Of a stretch of DNA of 64,000 bases, positions 27,763 to 37,806 are shown piece by piece (the stretch's first letter is position 1; the number at the start of each line of letters is the position of its first letter). The translations under genes were made by a program, and so were the position numbers. The notes beneath the pieces were generated by a model. That model ran no database searches. It was not told the DNA's origin and saw nothing but the letters and a program-made list of their open reading frames with translations. Origin of the DNA: Bacteroidota bacterium. Its GTDB lineage: Bacteria > Bacteroidota > Bacteroidia > Palsa-965. The stretch is taken from positions 191,063 to 255,062 of the forward strand of contig VBWE01000001.1 in the NCBI GenBank assembly GCA_006218065.1, read 5' to 3'.

Positions 27763-28176
27763 ATGATTTGCACCAACTGCGGAAATAATATTCATGCCGG
27801 CGCATCGAGCTGCAACCGCTGCGGCATGCCCGTTTACCAGCAACAGCAGCAGCAAAACCAGTACCAGCAAAATCCCACGCAGAACTGGGGACAACAGCCT
27901 TCGCAGCAAACGGGCTGGGGAGCGCCGCCGGACAACCGGCCTTCGCAGGACACGGGTTTTTTGCTGCTGGCTTGTCTTTTTGCCGGGTATGCGCTCATCG
28001 GGTTTTTACTTAACATGGCCGGGCTCGGATGGGAAATCAGCCGGATAATTTACCTGCTGCTTTTCGTGGCGGAATGGGCGGTGCTGATCATGTTCACGCG
28101 CAATGCTTCGTACCGGATCATCATGATCGTGCTCGGTTCCGTCATGCTTTTATACAGGATCTCGGAATTTTTCTGA
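27763..28176 (+). CDS. Zinc-ribbon membrane protein, paralog 2, with a Q-rich linker
   Basis: MICTNCGNNIHAGASSCNRCGMP, then a Q/N-rich low-complexity stretch, then a TM region aligning with paralog 1 (…IMFTRNASYRIIMIVLG vs …IIFTRKTAYRVVVIVVA). Confidence 0.5.
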   Translation: MICTNCGNNIHAGASSCNRCGMPVYQQQQQQNQYQQNPTQNWGQQPSQQTGWGAPPDNRPSQDTGFLLLACLFAGYALIGFLLNMAGLGWEISRIIYLLLFVAEWAVLIMFTRNASYRIIMIVLGSVMLLYRISEFF

Positions 28177-28417
28177 CGAACGAAAATCCGCCGGGTGATT
28201 GATCCGTGCGCAACCCGGCTGGCCCGGATTTTGTAAATTGATACAAAAATTGTTTTATGAAAAATCCCCCGTTCGTTCTTGTTAAAGTCGCGGCATTGCT
28301 GCTCTTCGCGATCGTTTCGCTCCCTTCCTGCTGCGGCCGCGGATGCCTGGTGCGTAAATCCGCTCCCGCCGATGCAGCAAAAACAGCTGCAGTAATTACA
28401 CCTGTTCACCTTCATTC

Positions 28418-28939
28418 TTGAATACCCGGAACAACATACAATTCGAATACAATTGCCCGGCGGACAGGAAATTTTTTATTCCCCGCGGCAATCATGATTT
28501 CTGTACCAAATGCCAGGAACGCGTTTTCGATTTGACGAATATGAGTCGTTCGGAAATCAGCAGCCTGATGAAAGCACACGAAGGAAAAATCTGCGGTTCT
28601 TTTTATTCGTACCAATTGGAAGATCCGGACTCTTCTTTTAAGAAAGGCTGGGCGGCGGCAGGCCTGTTTGCTTTGCTGGGAGGCGTTTCGCCGCAGGTTT
28701 CCGCGCAGGAACAACCAGCGACAGTCCAGGCTCCGCAACCGGGAAATGAAAACAGAACCGACTCGGCGGCCGTTGAACAATTAGCCACCGACGAAGGGCA
28801 GGGGTATTATAAGGATGAGCCTCCGGCAGAAAATAAAAAACGTAAAAGGCTCCGCATCGGGCGACGTTTTTTTTATGCAGACAAGCGGTTTCCCTTTATT
28901 CATTCGTACTATTTTTTTATGGGGAGATTGAAATTCTGA
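28418..28939 (+). CDS. Hypothetical protein with one TM helix
   Basis: TTG-initiated ORF; the start is uncertain. Confidence 0.3.
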   Translation: MNTRNNIQFEYNCPADRKFFIPRGNHDFCTKCQERVFDLTNMSRSEISSLMKAHEGKICGSFYSYQLEDPDSSFKKGWAAAGLFALLGGVSPQVSAQEQPATVQAPQPGNENRTDSAAVEQLATDEGQGYYKDEPPAENKKRKRLRIGRRFFYADKRFPFIHSYYFFMGRLKF

Positions 28940-28962
28940 AACGCTTCTCCGCATTTTTCTTC

Positions 28963-30537
28963 TTGTTTTTCGCGCTGGCTGATCTGCCGGCGCAAAACCT
29001 GCAACGCTATTCCTGTCTTTCCGATCATTATGATGCGGACAAATGGATGAAGCAATTCGATCGCGAATTCGACCCCCGGGGAATCGTGCTGCAGAAAAAA
29101 GAATACCAGCCCTTGTCGATCGCCTTTTATGGCATTATGAATTACGATCTGTACAAGGAAACCGGCGACCGGGTGTATTATAACCATATCATCAACCAGT
29201 ACAAATTTTTCTGCGATACTTCCGGGTTTGATCTGATCGACGGGGGAAAAGGCATGGGACTTCCTTATAATAAAGACTTCAAAGACATTAAGGCGCCCTG
29301 GTATTCGGGCATGACGCAGGGTGTCGCCATTTCATTCCTGCTCCGGTATTACGATCTGAAAAAGGACAAATCCGCACTGCAGAAGGCGAAACAACTGGCT
29401 TATTTTATGCTTCGCCCGGTCGCTGAAGGAGGAACCATCGGCAAAACTCCGGAAGGACATCCGTGGATTGAAGAATATCCCGGGTCCAAAAGTTCGCCGC
29501 AGGTACTCAACGGGTTCATCAATGCGCTGATCGGGTTGAAAGAGTATTGTATGTTTTTTCCGAAAGACAGCCTGGCAAGCCGGTTGCACGATACCTGTTA
29601 TAAAGCGATGATCAAATCGTTTGAAAAATACGACGTGCATGACTGGACGCGCTACAACCGGGCCTATATGCCTTGCTCCAACCAGTATATCCGGTACCAG
29701 ATAACACAATTGGAGCATCTCTATAAAATTTACGGCGACGAAACGTTGCTCAAACAAATGATGCTCTGGTCGATGTTTACATACAACAAACCGGATCCCG
29801 TTTTAAAATTCTACAAAAACACCATGTATAATTTTGCAATTCCCATGAGCACCACGGGAGACCCGGGTATGCATTACGGGCCGGCATCTTTCGACAGTAC
29901 CTTTTCCCCGCTGCCGGATGTGCGCGTTTCGTCTTCGGAAAAACGCAGCGGCGGAAAACAAATCCCGGCGGTGCTGATGCCGCAGAAAAAAACGATTTTA
30001 TCCCTGGGCCGCGAGATGCATTTTGTCCGGCTGGTATTCGACAGCCTGCCGGCGCCGGGCGAACTGGTTTTCGAATTGCCTGGCGCGAACGGAAAAACAG
30101 TTGCCGCAGAAACCAGGATCCATGCAAACGGTGTGGATATTTACGCTGTTTCGAAATTCAGCCGCGTGCATATTTCATACAACAACGATCACGCGACGCC
30201 GGTGCGATTGAAGGAGGTTCAGTTCAATGATCCCGACCGGCATGAACAGGCGATGTTTTTATTTTCCAAACACAAGCTGATCGTTAAACTGGATAAAGGC
30301 AAAAAGTATGCGGTGCGTTTCAAAAGTAAAAATGCTCCCGCACCGGTTGTTTTTTACCGGCACCTCGATAATAAATTTGGTTTGTACAGGGCTGTCTGGA
30401 AGGCAAGCCAGACCATCAGCAACCCGGAAATGATATTTACCGCGCCGGCTAACGGGCATTACGAGTTTTTTGTCAGCCTTCCCTTGCTCCTGCCGGGAGC
30501 CGGGATCAGCGAACTGGAACTTGTTCCGGTCGAGTAA
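28963..30537 (+). CDS. D-glucuronyl C5-epimerase C-terminal-domain family protein
   Basis: (alpha/alpha)6-barrel-like region with family-like segments (YNKDFKDIKAPWYSGMTQGVAISFLLRYY; GFINALIGLKEY). The true start may lie upstream, because an in-frame hydrophobic stretch LKRFSAFFFLFFALA precedes it. Confidence 0.55.
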   Translation: MFFALADLPAQNLQRYSCLSDHYDADKWMKQFDREFDPRGIVLQKKEYQPLSIAFYGIMNYDLYKETGDRVYYNHIINQYKFFCDTSGFDLIDGGKGMGLPYNKDFKDIKAPWYSGMTQGVAISFLLRYYDLKKDKSALQKAKQLAYFMLRPVAEGGTIGKTPEGHPWIEEYPGSKSSPQVLNGFINALIGLKEYCMFFPKDSLASRLHDTCYKAMIKSFEKYDVHDWTRYNRAYMPCSNQYIRYQITQLEHLYKIYGDETLLKQMMLWSMFTYNKPDPVLKFYKNTMYNFAIPMSTTGDPGMHYGPASFDSTFSPLPDVRVSSSEKRSGGKQIPAVLMPQKKTILSLGREMHFVRLVFDSLPAPGELVFELPGANGKTVAAETRIHANGVDIYAVSKFSRVHISYNNDHATPVRLKEVQFNDPDRHEQAMFLFSKHKLIVKLDKGKKYAVRFKSKNAPAPVVFYRHLDNKFGLYRAVWKASQTISNPEMIFTAPANGHYEFFVSLPLLLPGAGISELELVPVE

Positions 30538-30583
30538 TTTTCTCCGCCGTTTTTTTGCAAATTGCAGTCAGCAAAACAAACCG

Positions 30584-31213
30584 ATGTCGTTTTTCTCAAC
30601 CTTCTTCACCCGGAAAATCACGTATCTCGATTCGCTTTATAAAGACAAGCGGAATACGGACCTGCTGCATGTATTCGGTGCGATACGCGTGATGCCCGAC
30701 GAAGGTGATTCCTTCGACATCTGGCGGCATGCGGTGATCAATACGCAGACATACGCTGTTACCAACGGAATTCAGCAGCGCGGAAACGATTTCGAAATCG
30801 AGAGCCCTTTTGCACAGCGCGCAGTAAACGAGATGTCAACCAAACTGAACCGGATGCTGGATGTTGACCCGGCGAAAATCGAAAAGCAATACGAACTGCA
30901 TTTTACGGATACGAACGAAAGCGATACCGTCCGGAAAAAAAAGCTTCCGCCGGAGCGGCTGCATTTTGTAAAGGATACTTCTTTCGAAAACGAGCGGTAT
31001 CGCATGACGCTTTACAAAAACGATCAGCCGTTTGAAACGCACCGGGTTTACGGCGACCCGGAGTATTTCAACCACGCTGTCCTGCTCGACGAAGGGAAAC
31101 GGTTACTTTATACTTACCGGAAGACCGGCTACTGGGGCATGAGCGGCGGCATGGCTTTTCTTGCGCTCGATCTCGCTTCAGGGAAAATTCTGCACGATGC
31201 GTATATTAAGTAG
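30584..31213 (+). CDS. Hypothetical protein
   Basis: ATG at 30584 (MSFFSTFF). No recognisable domain. Confidence 0.4.
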   Translation: MSFFSTFFTRKITYLDSLYKDKRNTDLLHVFGAIRVMPDEGDSFDIWRHAVINTQTYAVTNGIQQRGNDFEIESPFAQRAVNEMSTKLNRMLDVDPAKIEKQYELHFTDTNESDTVRKKKLPPERLHFVKDTSFENERYRMTLYKNDQPFETHRVYGDPEYFNHAVLLDEGKRLLYTYRKTGYWGMSGGMAFLALDLASGKILHDAYIK

Positions 31214-31353
31214 CCGGCAGACGATAAAAACGCTCAATGAACAATAATCATCGGACAAATTCATGGAGCGTTTGGCGTTGAGCGTTTGATATTGTGCATC
31301 GTCCTGAAGGGATGCGTACCTTTCATTATCTTTGCCCCGCTTCAAAATTTTCC

Positions 31354-32145
31354 ATGCACGACCGCCACATCAACCGCGAACGGTATTTTAACGAACAGGT
31401 AGAAACCACCGAAAAGCACGTGGTGCCTTACATCGAACTGGTGTATGGTACGATCGGTGAAGATAAATCCGTGCTGGAAATCGGTTGCGGCGAAGGCGGG
31501 AACCTGAAGCCTTTTCTCGACCGCGGCTGCCCGTCGATGGGAATCGACCTGTCGGAATCGAAGATCGAGAACGGGAAAAAATATTTCGCAGGCCATCCGC
31601 ACGAAAAAAAGATCACGCTGATCGCGCAGGATATTTACCTGATCGATCCGAACGAAGACTGGAAATTCGACGTGATTTTCCTGCGCGATACGATCGAGCA
31701 TATTCCGGACCAGGAACGTTTTATGGGCTACATGAAACGTTTCATGAAAAAAGACTCCGTTGTTTTCTTCGGCTTTCCGCCCTGGCAGAGTCCGTTCGGC
31801 GGACACCAGCAGGTTTGCCGGAGCAGGTTCCTGAGCAAGCTGCCCTATTTTCACCTGCTGCCGAAATTCATGTTCAAAGGCCTGATGAAGATGTGCGGCG
31901 AATCGGATGCCACGCTGCAAAACCTGCTCGAAGTACGCTCCACGGGAATTTCACTCGAACGTTTCGAACGCATCCTGGAAAAGCAAGGATATAAAATCGA
32001 CAAACGCACCATCTGGTTCATCCAGCCGAATTACGAAGTAAAGTTCAAGCTGAAGAAAAAAACGCTGGTGCAGCCTTTCGCGTCCATTCCCTGGCTGCGC
32101 AATTTCTGGTCCACCGCCGGGTACTACGTGGTTTCCCTGAAGTAA
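31354..32145 (+). CDS. Class I SAM-dependent methyltransferase
   Basis: Motif I VLEIGCGEGGN, post-I acidic D (GIDLSE), motif II-like DVIFLRDTIEHI. Confidence 0.7.
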   Translation: MHDRHINRERYFNEQVETTEKHVVPYIELVYGTIGEDKSVLEIGCGEGGNLKPFLDRGCPSMGIDLSESKIENGKKYFAGHPHEKKITLIAQDIYLIDPNEDWKFDVIFLRDTIEHIPDQERFMGYMKRFMKKDSVVFFGFPPWQSPFGGHQQVCRSRFLSKLPYFHLLPKFMFKGLMKMCGESDATLQNLLEVRSTGISLERFERILEKQGYKIDKRTIWFIQPNYEVKFKLKKKTLVQPFASIPWLRNFWSTAGYYVVSLK

Positions 32146-32157
32146 CCGCTCCCGGCG

Positions 32158-32670
32158 ATGCGCATCATTTCCGTTGTTCCGTATAATCCCGTATGGCCGG
32201 AACTTTTCGAAAAAGAAAAGACTTCCCTCGAATCCGTTTTCGGAAACACCGTCGCCTGGCATCATATCGGCAGCACGTCCGTTGCGGGCCTGGCTGCAAA
32301 ACCGGTGATCGATATCCTCGGCGAAGCAAACGACCTTGAAAAAATCGATTCGTATAATACGCTGATGGCCGGCACCGGTTACGTGGCCATGGGCGAATAC
32401 GGTATGGCACATCGCCGTTTTTTCTATCGGGATGTGAACGGCGAACGGACACATCACCTGCATATTTTTCCACGCGCGCATGATGAAGTGCATCGTCACC
32501 TGCGCTTCCGCGATTACCTGCGTGCGCACCCGGAAGATGCGGCAGCATACGGGCAGTTGAAACTGAAACTCGCCGCCCTTCACGCGCAGGACCCGGAAGC
32601 ATACATCGCAGGAAAAGATCCAATGATCAGGCTGCTCGAACGGAAAGCTTTGCAGGAAGGGAATCCGTAA
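32158..32670 (+). CDS. GrpB-family (UPF0157) protein
   Basis: 170 aa, with a nucleotidyltransferase-like HHIGSTSV...KPVIDIL region typical of the GrpB family. Confidence 0.65.
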   Translation: MRIISVVPYNPVWPELFEKEKTSLESVFGNTVAWHHIGSTSVAGLAAKPVIDILGEANDLEKIDSYNTLMAGTGYVAMGEYGMAHRRFFYRDVNGERTHHLHIFPRAHDEVHRHLRFRDYLRAHPEDAAAYGQLKLKLAALHAQDPEAYIAGKDPMIRLLERKALQEGNP

Positions 32671-32731
32671 GATTCGTACCTGTGCGTTATTTCGTAATTG
32701 TTTCAGTTGTACCTTTGTGCTGCTTTAACGC

Positions 32732-33739
32732 ATGAAGATTTCCGCCTCTATTTATTCCAATAAAAACGATTCGCTCGAACAGATCGTGAAAACGCTCGAT
32801 GCGCATTACATCGACTATTTTCATGTCGACTGTAACGACGATCCTGCCGTGTTCGGTGATATTGCGAAAATCCGCACACTGAGTAAAACGCCGGTCGACC
32901 TGCACATCATCAGCCGCACGCCCGAAAAATATTTCGACCTGCTGCGCCGCACGCCGGTGGAGTTCGTTACGTTTCAGTACGAAGAGCTCCCGGGAAAACT
33001 GGACGTTCCTGCCGATATCAGCGGGCGTCTTGGACTGGCCATCAGTTCGGATACGGAGATCGATGTTTTCGAACCGTACGCCGATCGTTTCGATTTCCTG
33101 CTGGTGATGGCCACCACGCCGGGTAAAAGCGGCGGCACCTTCAACAAAGAAAATTTCCGCAAGATCCGCCAGTTCAAAAACCGTTTTCCCGGCAAGCGCG
33201 TGCATGTGGACGGCGGCGTGAACGGCGAGGTTTCATTCATCCTGCGCAACATGGGCGTGTATGCTTCGGTTTCCGGTTCGTATCTTTTTAACGCGGAAAC
33301 CATCGGCCTGGCACTGCTCAACCTGAAAATGATCGAAAGCGAATCGCATTTCCAGGTGAAGGATTTTATGATGAGCCGGGAAGAAAGTCCGCTGCTGCCG
33401 CCATCAAAACGCGCGCTGGCCGACGTACTGCAAAGCATCGAAGATTACCGCGTAGGATTTACGATACTCACCGGCGAGTCGGGGAAACTCGAAGGACTGA
33501 TCAGCAATGCCGACGTGCGTCGCGGGCTGATCAAAAATCTCGGCAATCCTTCCGGCATCAGCGTGAGCGACATGACCAACCGCAACCCGGTTACCGTAAA
33601 TGAAAATGCGACCGTGCGCGAAATGCTGCGGCTGATCAAATCAAAACAATTCCCGATCACCTATCTCCCGGTGATCAATACCGATAACGAAGTTACCGGG
33701 ACCGTAACGTTCCTGAATCTTATCAAAGGCGAAGCATGA
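32732..33739 (+). CDS. Ribulose-phosphate-3-epimerase-fold sugar-phosphate enzyme fused to a C-terminal CBS pair
   Basis: RPE-barrel landmarks in order: ISASIYS (PSILSAD-like), HVDCND, DLHIIS, VTFQYE, GLAISSDT, DFLLVMATTPGKSGGTF (VNPGFGGQ-like), VHVDGGV. Two CBS motifs follow in the C-terminal 130 aa. Confidence 0.6.
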   Translation: MKISASIYSNKNDSLEQIVKTLDAHYIDYFHVDCNDDPAVFGDIAKIRTLSKTPVDLHIISRTPEKYFDLLRRTPVEFVTFQYEELPGKLDVPADISGRLGLAISSDTEIDVFEPYADRFDFLLVMATTPGKSGGTFNKENFRKIRQFKNRFPGKRVHVDGGVNGEVSFILRNMGVYASVSGSYLFNAETIGLALLNLKMIESESHFQVKDFMMSREESPLLPPSKRALADVLQSIEDYRVGFTILTGESGKLEGLISNADVRRGLIKNLGNPSGISVSDMTNRNPVTVNENATVREMLRLIKSKQFPITYLPVINTDNEVTGTVTFLNLIKGEA

Positions 33740-34734
33740 TTATTGAATTAAAGAATTCCGTGGCCGAAACACGCGCGCAGGAAATTGCACGCGAAGTAAA
33801 AGCATTCTGTATCCGCCACAACGGCCGGTTCGTGCTGATCACTTCTTCTTCCGACAAAGAAGCCGACAAACGTTTCGAAAGTGAATACGAACGCATCACC
33901 GTGCTTGCCGACGACATGCAGCTGAGCAGCCGGAAGTACATGAACGAAACGCGCGAGGTGAAAATCAACAACGTCACCATCGGCGGAAAAACGAATCATA
34001 CGCTGCTTATCGCCGGACCCTGCTCGGTAGAATCGGAAGAACAGATCGAACAGAGCGCCGCTTTGCTGAAAGAACTGGGTATTTCCACGCTCCGCGCCGG
34101 GGCTTTCAAACCGCGCACGTCGCCGTACACGTTCCAGGGCATGGGCATCGAAGGACTGAAACTGCTCGCCAAAATGCGCGAGAAACACGGACTGAATATC
34201 ATTTCCGAAGTGCGCGACGCCACGCAGGTGGAAGACGTGATCGAGTATGCCGACATCATCCAGATCGGCGCAAAATCCATGTACGATCACGGCATCCTGC
34301 GCCGCTGCGGAAAAACGAACAAGCCCGTGCTGCTCAAACGCGGTTTCGGCACCACGCTGCAGGAATTCGTGCAATGCGCGGAGTTTATTCTCGCCGGCGG
34401 AAATGAAAACGTAATTCTCTGCGAGCGCGGCATCCGCACGTTTGAAACCAAAACACGTTTTACGCTCGACCTTTGCGGTGCGGCGTACCTGAAAGAATAT
34501 ACGAACCTGCCGCTGATCCTCGATCCGAGTCATGCCATCGGGTATGCGTACGGCGTTCCGGATCTCGCGCGCGCCTGCACGGCCATGGGCTGCGACGGGC
34601 TGCTGATCGAAGTGCACCCGAACCCGGCGGTGGCCAAGTCGGACGCTTCGCAGCAACTGAACCACGACCAGTTCCGCACGCTGTCCAAATCGCTGAAAGC
34701 GGTGGCGGAATCGATCGGAAGAAAAATAATCTGA
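33736..34734 (+). CDS. DAHP synthase class I-beta / KDO8P synthase-family aldolase with an N-terminal ~65-aa ferredoxin-like extension
   Basis: LIAGPCSVESEEQ, KPRTSPY, ILCERGIRTFET, DPSHA family motifs. Overlaps the upstream gene by 4 nt. Confidence 0.75.
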   Translation: MIIELKNSVAETRAQEIAREVKAFCIRHNGRFVLITSSSDKEADKRFESEYERITVLADDMQLSSRKYMNETREVKINNVTIGGKTNHTLLIAGPCSVESEEQIEQSAALLKELGISTLRAGAFKPRTSPYTFQGMGIEGLKLLAKMREKHGLNIISEVRDATQVEDVIEYADIIQIGAKSMYDHGILRRCGKTNKPVLLKRGFGTTLQEFVQCAEFILAGGNENVILCERGIRTFETKTRFTLDLCGAAYLKEYTNLPLILDPSHAIGYAYGVPDLARACTAMGCDGLLIEVHPNPAVAKSDASQQLNHDQFRTLSKSLKAVAESIGRKII

Positions 34735-34933
34735 GCTGAAAGTATCTTTTAAATTCCTCCTGGTTATTTTTACAGGACGGTCGTCGGAATAGTTTTTTGT
34801 ACCAGTTCGGAGTTGGGAGCTTTGAGTTCGGAGTTTTTGCCCGGATAGTTACCGGAATAAAACTCCGAACTCAAGCGAAGCGCACTCCCAACTCCGAACT
34901 GGTAAACCAGCTTAGCTTTTACACATTACACTA

Positions 34934-35590
34934 ATGACCTTGTACCAGAAAAACATTTCTTTTTTGCTCAAAAGCCGCGGCATCCGCATCGAGGAAATCG
35001 GCGGCGTATTTCCTTCGGCGGCCAAAGAACCTTCGCTGGGCGAACTGATCATGATTGCCGATCATTTCGGCCTGCCGCTCGATCTTTTGCTCCGCAGCGA
35101 TCTGAAAGCGCGGGCGGCAGCGCGAAGCAAAAAAATACGACTGCTGGTCATGGACATCGACGGCGTGCTTACCGATGCCGGCATGTATTATACGGAAAAC
35201 GGCGACGAGCTGAAAAAGTTCAACGCCAAGGACGGCCTGGCCATCCGCGATATCAAAAAGAAAAAGATCAAAACAGGCATCATCACGCATGGGTTTAATA
35301 TGAACCTGATCAGGCGCCGTTCCGAACGTTTGCATATCGACCTGCTCGAGGTTTCGCAGAAACCGAAACTCGCCACGCTGAACGCCTGGTGCAAAAAACT
35401 GAAAATCTCGATTGACAACGTAGCCTATATCGGCGACGACATCAACGACAGCGATGTGCTGCGGGCCGTGGGTTTCAGCGCCTGCCCGGCCGATGCGGTG
35501 GATGCCGTGAAAAACATGTGCCACGTGGTACTTACAAAAAAAGGCGGCGAAGGTTGCGTGCGGGAAATGATCGATCATTATCTCTCATGA
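34934..35590 (+). CDS. kdsC: KdsC-family HAD phosphatase (3-deoxy-D-manno-octulosonate-8-phosphate phosphatase-like) with a ~50-aa N-terminal extension
   Basis: LVMDIDGVLTDAGMYY, VAYIGDDINDSDVLRAVGFSACPADA; similar to E. coli KdsC motifs. Confidence 0.7.
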   Translation: MTLYQKNISFLLKSRGIRIEEIGGVFPSAAKEPSLGELIMIADHFGLPLDLLLRSDLKARAAARSKKIRLLVMDIDGVLTDAGMYYTENGDELKKFNAKDGLAIRDIKKKKIKTGIITHGFNMNLIRRRSERLHIDLLEVSQKPKLATLNAWCKKLKISIDNVAYIGDDINDSDVLRAVGFSACPADAVDAVKNMCHVVLTKKGGEGCVREMIDHYLS

Positions 35591-36381
35591 CCCCCCGCAT
35601 ATTTTTCCTGCTGCTGTTTTTCCTGTTCTCTGCAATCACATTTGCACAGAAGCGGCCCAACCTTATTCCCTACCGTAAAGGCGATCTCTGGGGTTATGCC
35701 GACTCCACGAAAAAAATCATCATCACGCCGAAATATGATCGTTGCTTCCCGTTCGTCAACGGGAAAGCGCTCGCAGAAACCAAAGACAGTAAGTTTATCC
35801 AGATCGACAGTACGGGGAAAATCGTGAAGACTTTTACTTACAAGCTGCACGAATACATGCGTGACGGAATGCTCAAAATAAGCGTCAACTATTCCGAAGA
35901 AGGAATCATAGATATTTCGGGTGCAATTGTAATGCCTCCGAAATATCTTTCCATTGAAATACTCGGCCCGGATTCTTTTGAAGTAACCTTACCCGGGAAA
36001 AAAGGGACAATAAACCGTGCAGGAAAAGAACTGGTAAAATTCATTCCGTTCGAAACGGATATGATGGATACGCCGCTTACGATAATGCCTTCAGGTGATT
36101 GTGATAAACCGTGTTTCTGGTCTTCTTTCAGCGAAGGCATGGCCGTTGTGGCGCATAAAGGAACTTTCGGTTACGCCGATACCAGCCGGCGCGTTAAAAT
36201 TTCCTGCAAATACCAGATGGCCGAATCTTTTTTACACGGGCTGGGTCGCGTGGTTTTCGAAAAGCCGGGACAGGTAATTACAAAACCGTACAAAGATGCA
36301 AACGGAGAGCAGGTCGTAACGGCGGTTATAATGCTCGACGGTTACGTGGACCGTTTCGGAAATGAATACTGGGAAGAATAA
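35587..36381 (+). CDS. WG-repeat (KWG) secreted protein
   Basis: Signal peptide. Repeated DLWGYAD / TFGYAD motifs. ATGA overlap with the kdsC stop. Confidence 0.55.
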   Translation: MTPRIFFLLLFFLFSAITFAQKRPNLIPYRKGDLWGYADSTKKIIITPKYDRCFPFVNGKALAETKDSKFIQIDSTGKIVKTFTYKLHEYMRDGMLKISVNYSEEGIIDISGAIVMPPKYLSIEILGPDSFEVTLPGKKGTINRAGKELVKFIPFETDMMDTPLTIMPSGDCDKPCFWSSFSEGMAVVAHKGTFGYADTSRRVKISCKYQMAESFLHGLGRVVFEKPGQVITKPYKDANGEQVVTAVIMLDGYVDRFGNEYWEE

Positions 36382-36383
36382 AA

Positions 36384-37592
36384 TTATTCCACCGCGCAAA
36401 CAAAAACTTTACTCTCCCGATTTCCTTTCAGTGCGTAAAGCGATTTGAATCCGACTTCGGCGATGATGAAATTCACCCCGGGCGAACGGTATTCTTCCAC
36501 CACGTTGCGGATATCCAGCGCGTCCAGTTCTTTTTTATCGGTGTACCGGATATATACTTTGATCGCAAAATCCGTGTCGAGCAGGTTTTCCGCATTGTAG
36601 TTTCCGTTGAGCCGGGCCCGTTGTTTTTTCAGTTTTTTGTAGGCGTACTTATAACGGTACGTCAGCGCTGAAATATCGGACAACACGGCGCTTCCGGTCG
36701 GGTGGCTGCCGGCACCTTTACCGGTGAATGTTTGCTTGCAGGAAAACGCGCCTTCCACTTCCACGCCGTTGTATTCGTACAGGATTTTGTACAGTTCATC
36801 TTCTTTGTTCACAAAACGCGGCATGACGAATACGCGGTACTTGTCGCCCTGCTTGGCGGCACTTCCGATCAGCTTGATGCGTAACCCTTTCTCGCGCGCG
36901 TAACGGATATCGTCGAAGGAAATATTCTGGATACCGAGATTGAGCACCTGGTCGGGCTTCAGTACTACGCCGAAGGCGTGAACCGCGAGCAGGCAGGTTT
37001 TATACAGCGTATCGAAACCGGCCACATCCAGCCAGGGATCGATCTCGGCGAAGCCGCTTTCCTGCGCGTCTTTCAGCACGTCGCCGTAATCCTTGCTTTC
37101 GAGTTCCATCCGCGTCAGGATATAATTCGTGGTTCCGTTCAGGATGCCGCGGATGCTGCTGAGCAACTCGTTATCGTAATATTCCTCCAGCGTGCGGATG
37201 ATCGGGATACTGCCGCCGGCGGAACCTTCGTAAATCAGCGCTACTTTATTTTCTTCCTGGAGTTTGTAGAGTTCTTCGAAATATTCCGCGAGCATTTTTT
37301 TACTGGCGCTCACCACGTTGATCCCGTTTTTCATCGCGGTGCTTACGATTTCGAATGCTTCTTTCGTATCGTTGATCATTTCCACCACCACGTCGAGGTC
37401 TTTGCGGTTGAGTATATCGTTCTTCTCGAAAGTGAAATTCTCCGCGCCGATCTTCCGTTCCTTGTTTCTATCCTTCACGCAGATCTTCGCGATATTGGCC
37501 TGCAGCACTTCCGAATGGTTCAGTACATCGTAAAGCCCTTGTCCCACACATCCGAATCCGAAAAGCGCTACTGAAATTTTGTCGTTTGACAT
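36384..37592 (-). CDS. hom: Homoserine dehydrogenase
   Basis: N-terminal Rossmann motif VALFGFGCVGQG and a catalytic-domain region; about 402 aa. Confidence 0.85.
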   Translation of the reverse strand: MSNDKISVALFGFGCVGQGLYDVLNHSEVLQANIAKICVKDRNKERKIGAENFTFEKNDILNRKDLDVVVEMINDTKEAFEIVSTAMKNGINVVSASKKMLAEYFEELYKLQEENKVALIYEGSAGGSIPIIRTLEEYYDNELLSSIRGILNGTTNYILTRMELESKDYGDVLKDAQESGFAEIDPWLDVAGFDTLYKTCLLAVHAFGVVLKPDQVLNLGIQNISFDDIRYAREKGLRIKLIGSAAKQGDKYRVFVMPRFVNKEDELYKILYEYNGVEVEGAFSCKQTFTGKGAGSHPTGSAVLSDISALTYRYKYAYKKLKKQRARLNGNYNAENLLDTDFAIKVYIRYTDKKELDALDIRNVVEEYRSPGVNFIIAEVGFKSLYALKGNRESKVFVCAVE

Positions 37593-37806
37593 TCTTAAGT
37601 TGGTTTAAATCTTTGGTCTGTTCTTCAAAAAGCAAAAGCAAAGGGCAAAAAGCAAATAAAGTTCAGGTGTTCAATTTGTTTGCCTCTTGCATATTGCCTT
37701 TTGCTTTTAATTGTACTGACTTTTTTATTCTACTTGCTTTAAGAGTTCGCAAAGATCGTTTTCATCCGATTGCATTCCTTCGCGTTCCTGTATTTAAATC
37801 ATATTT

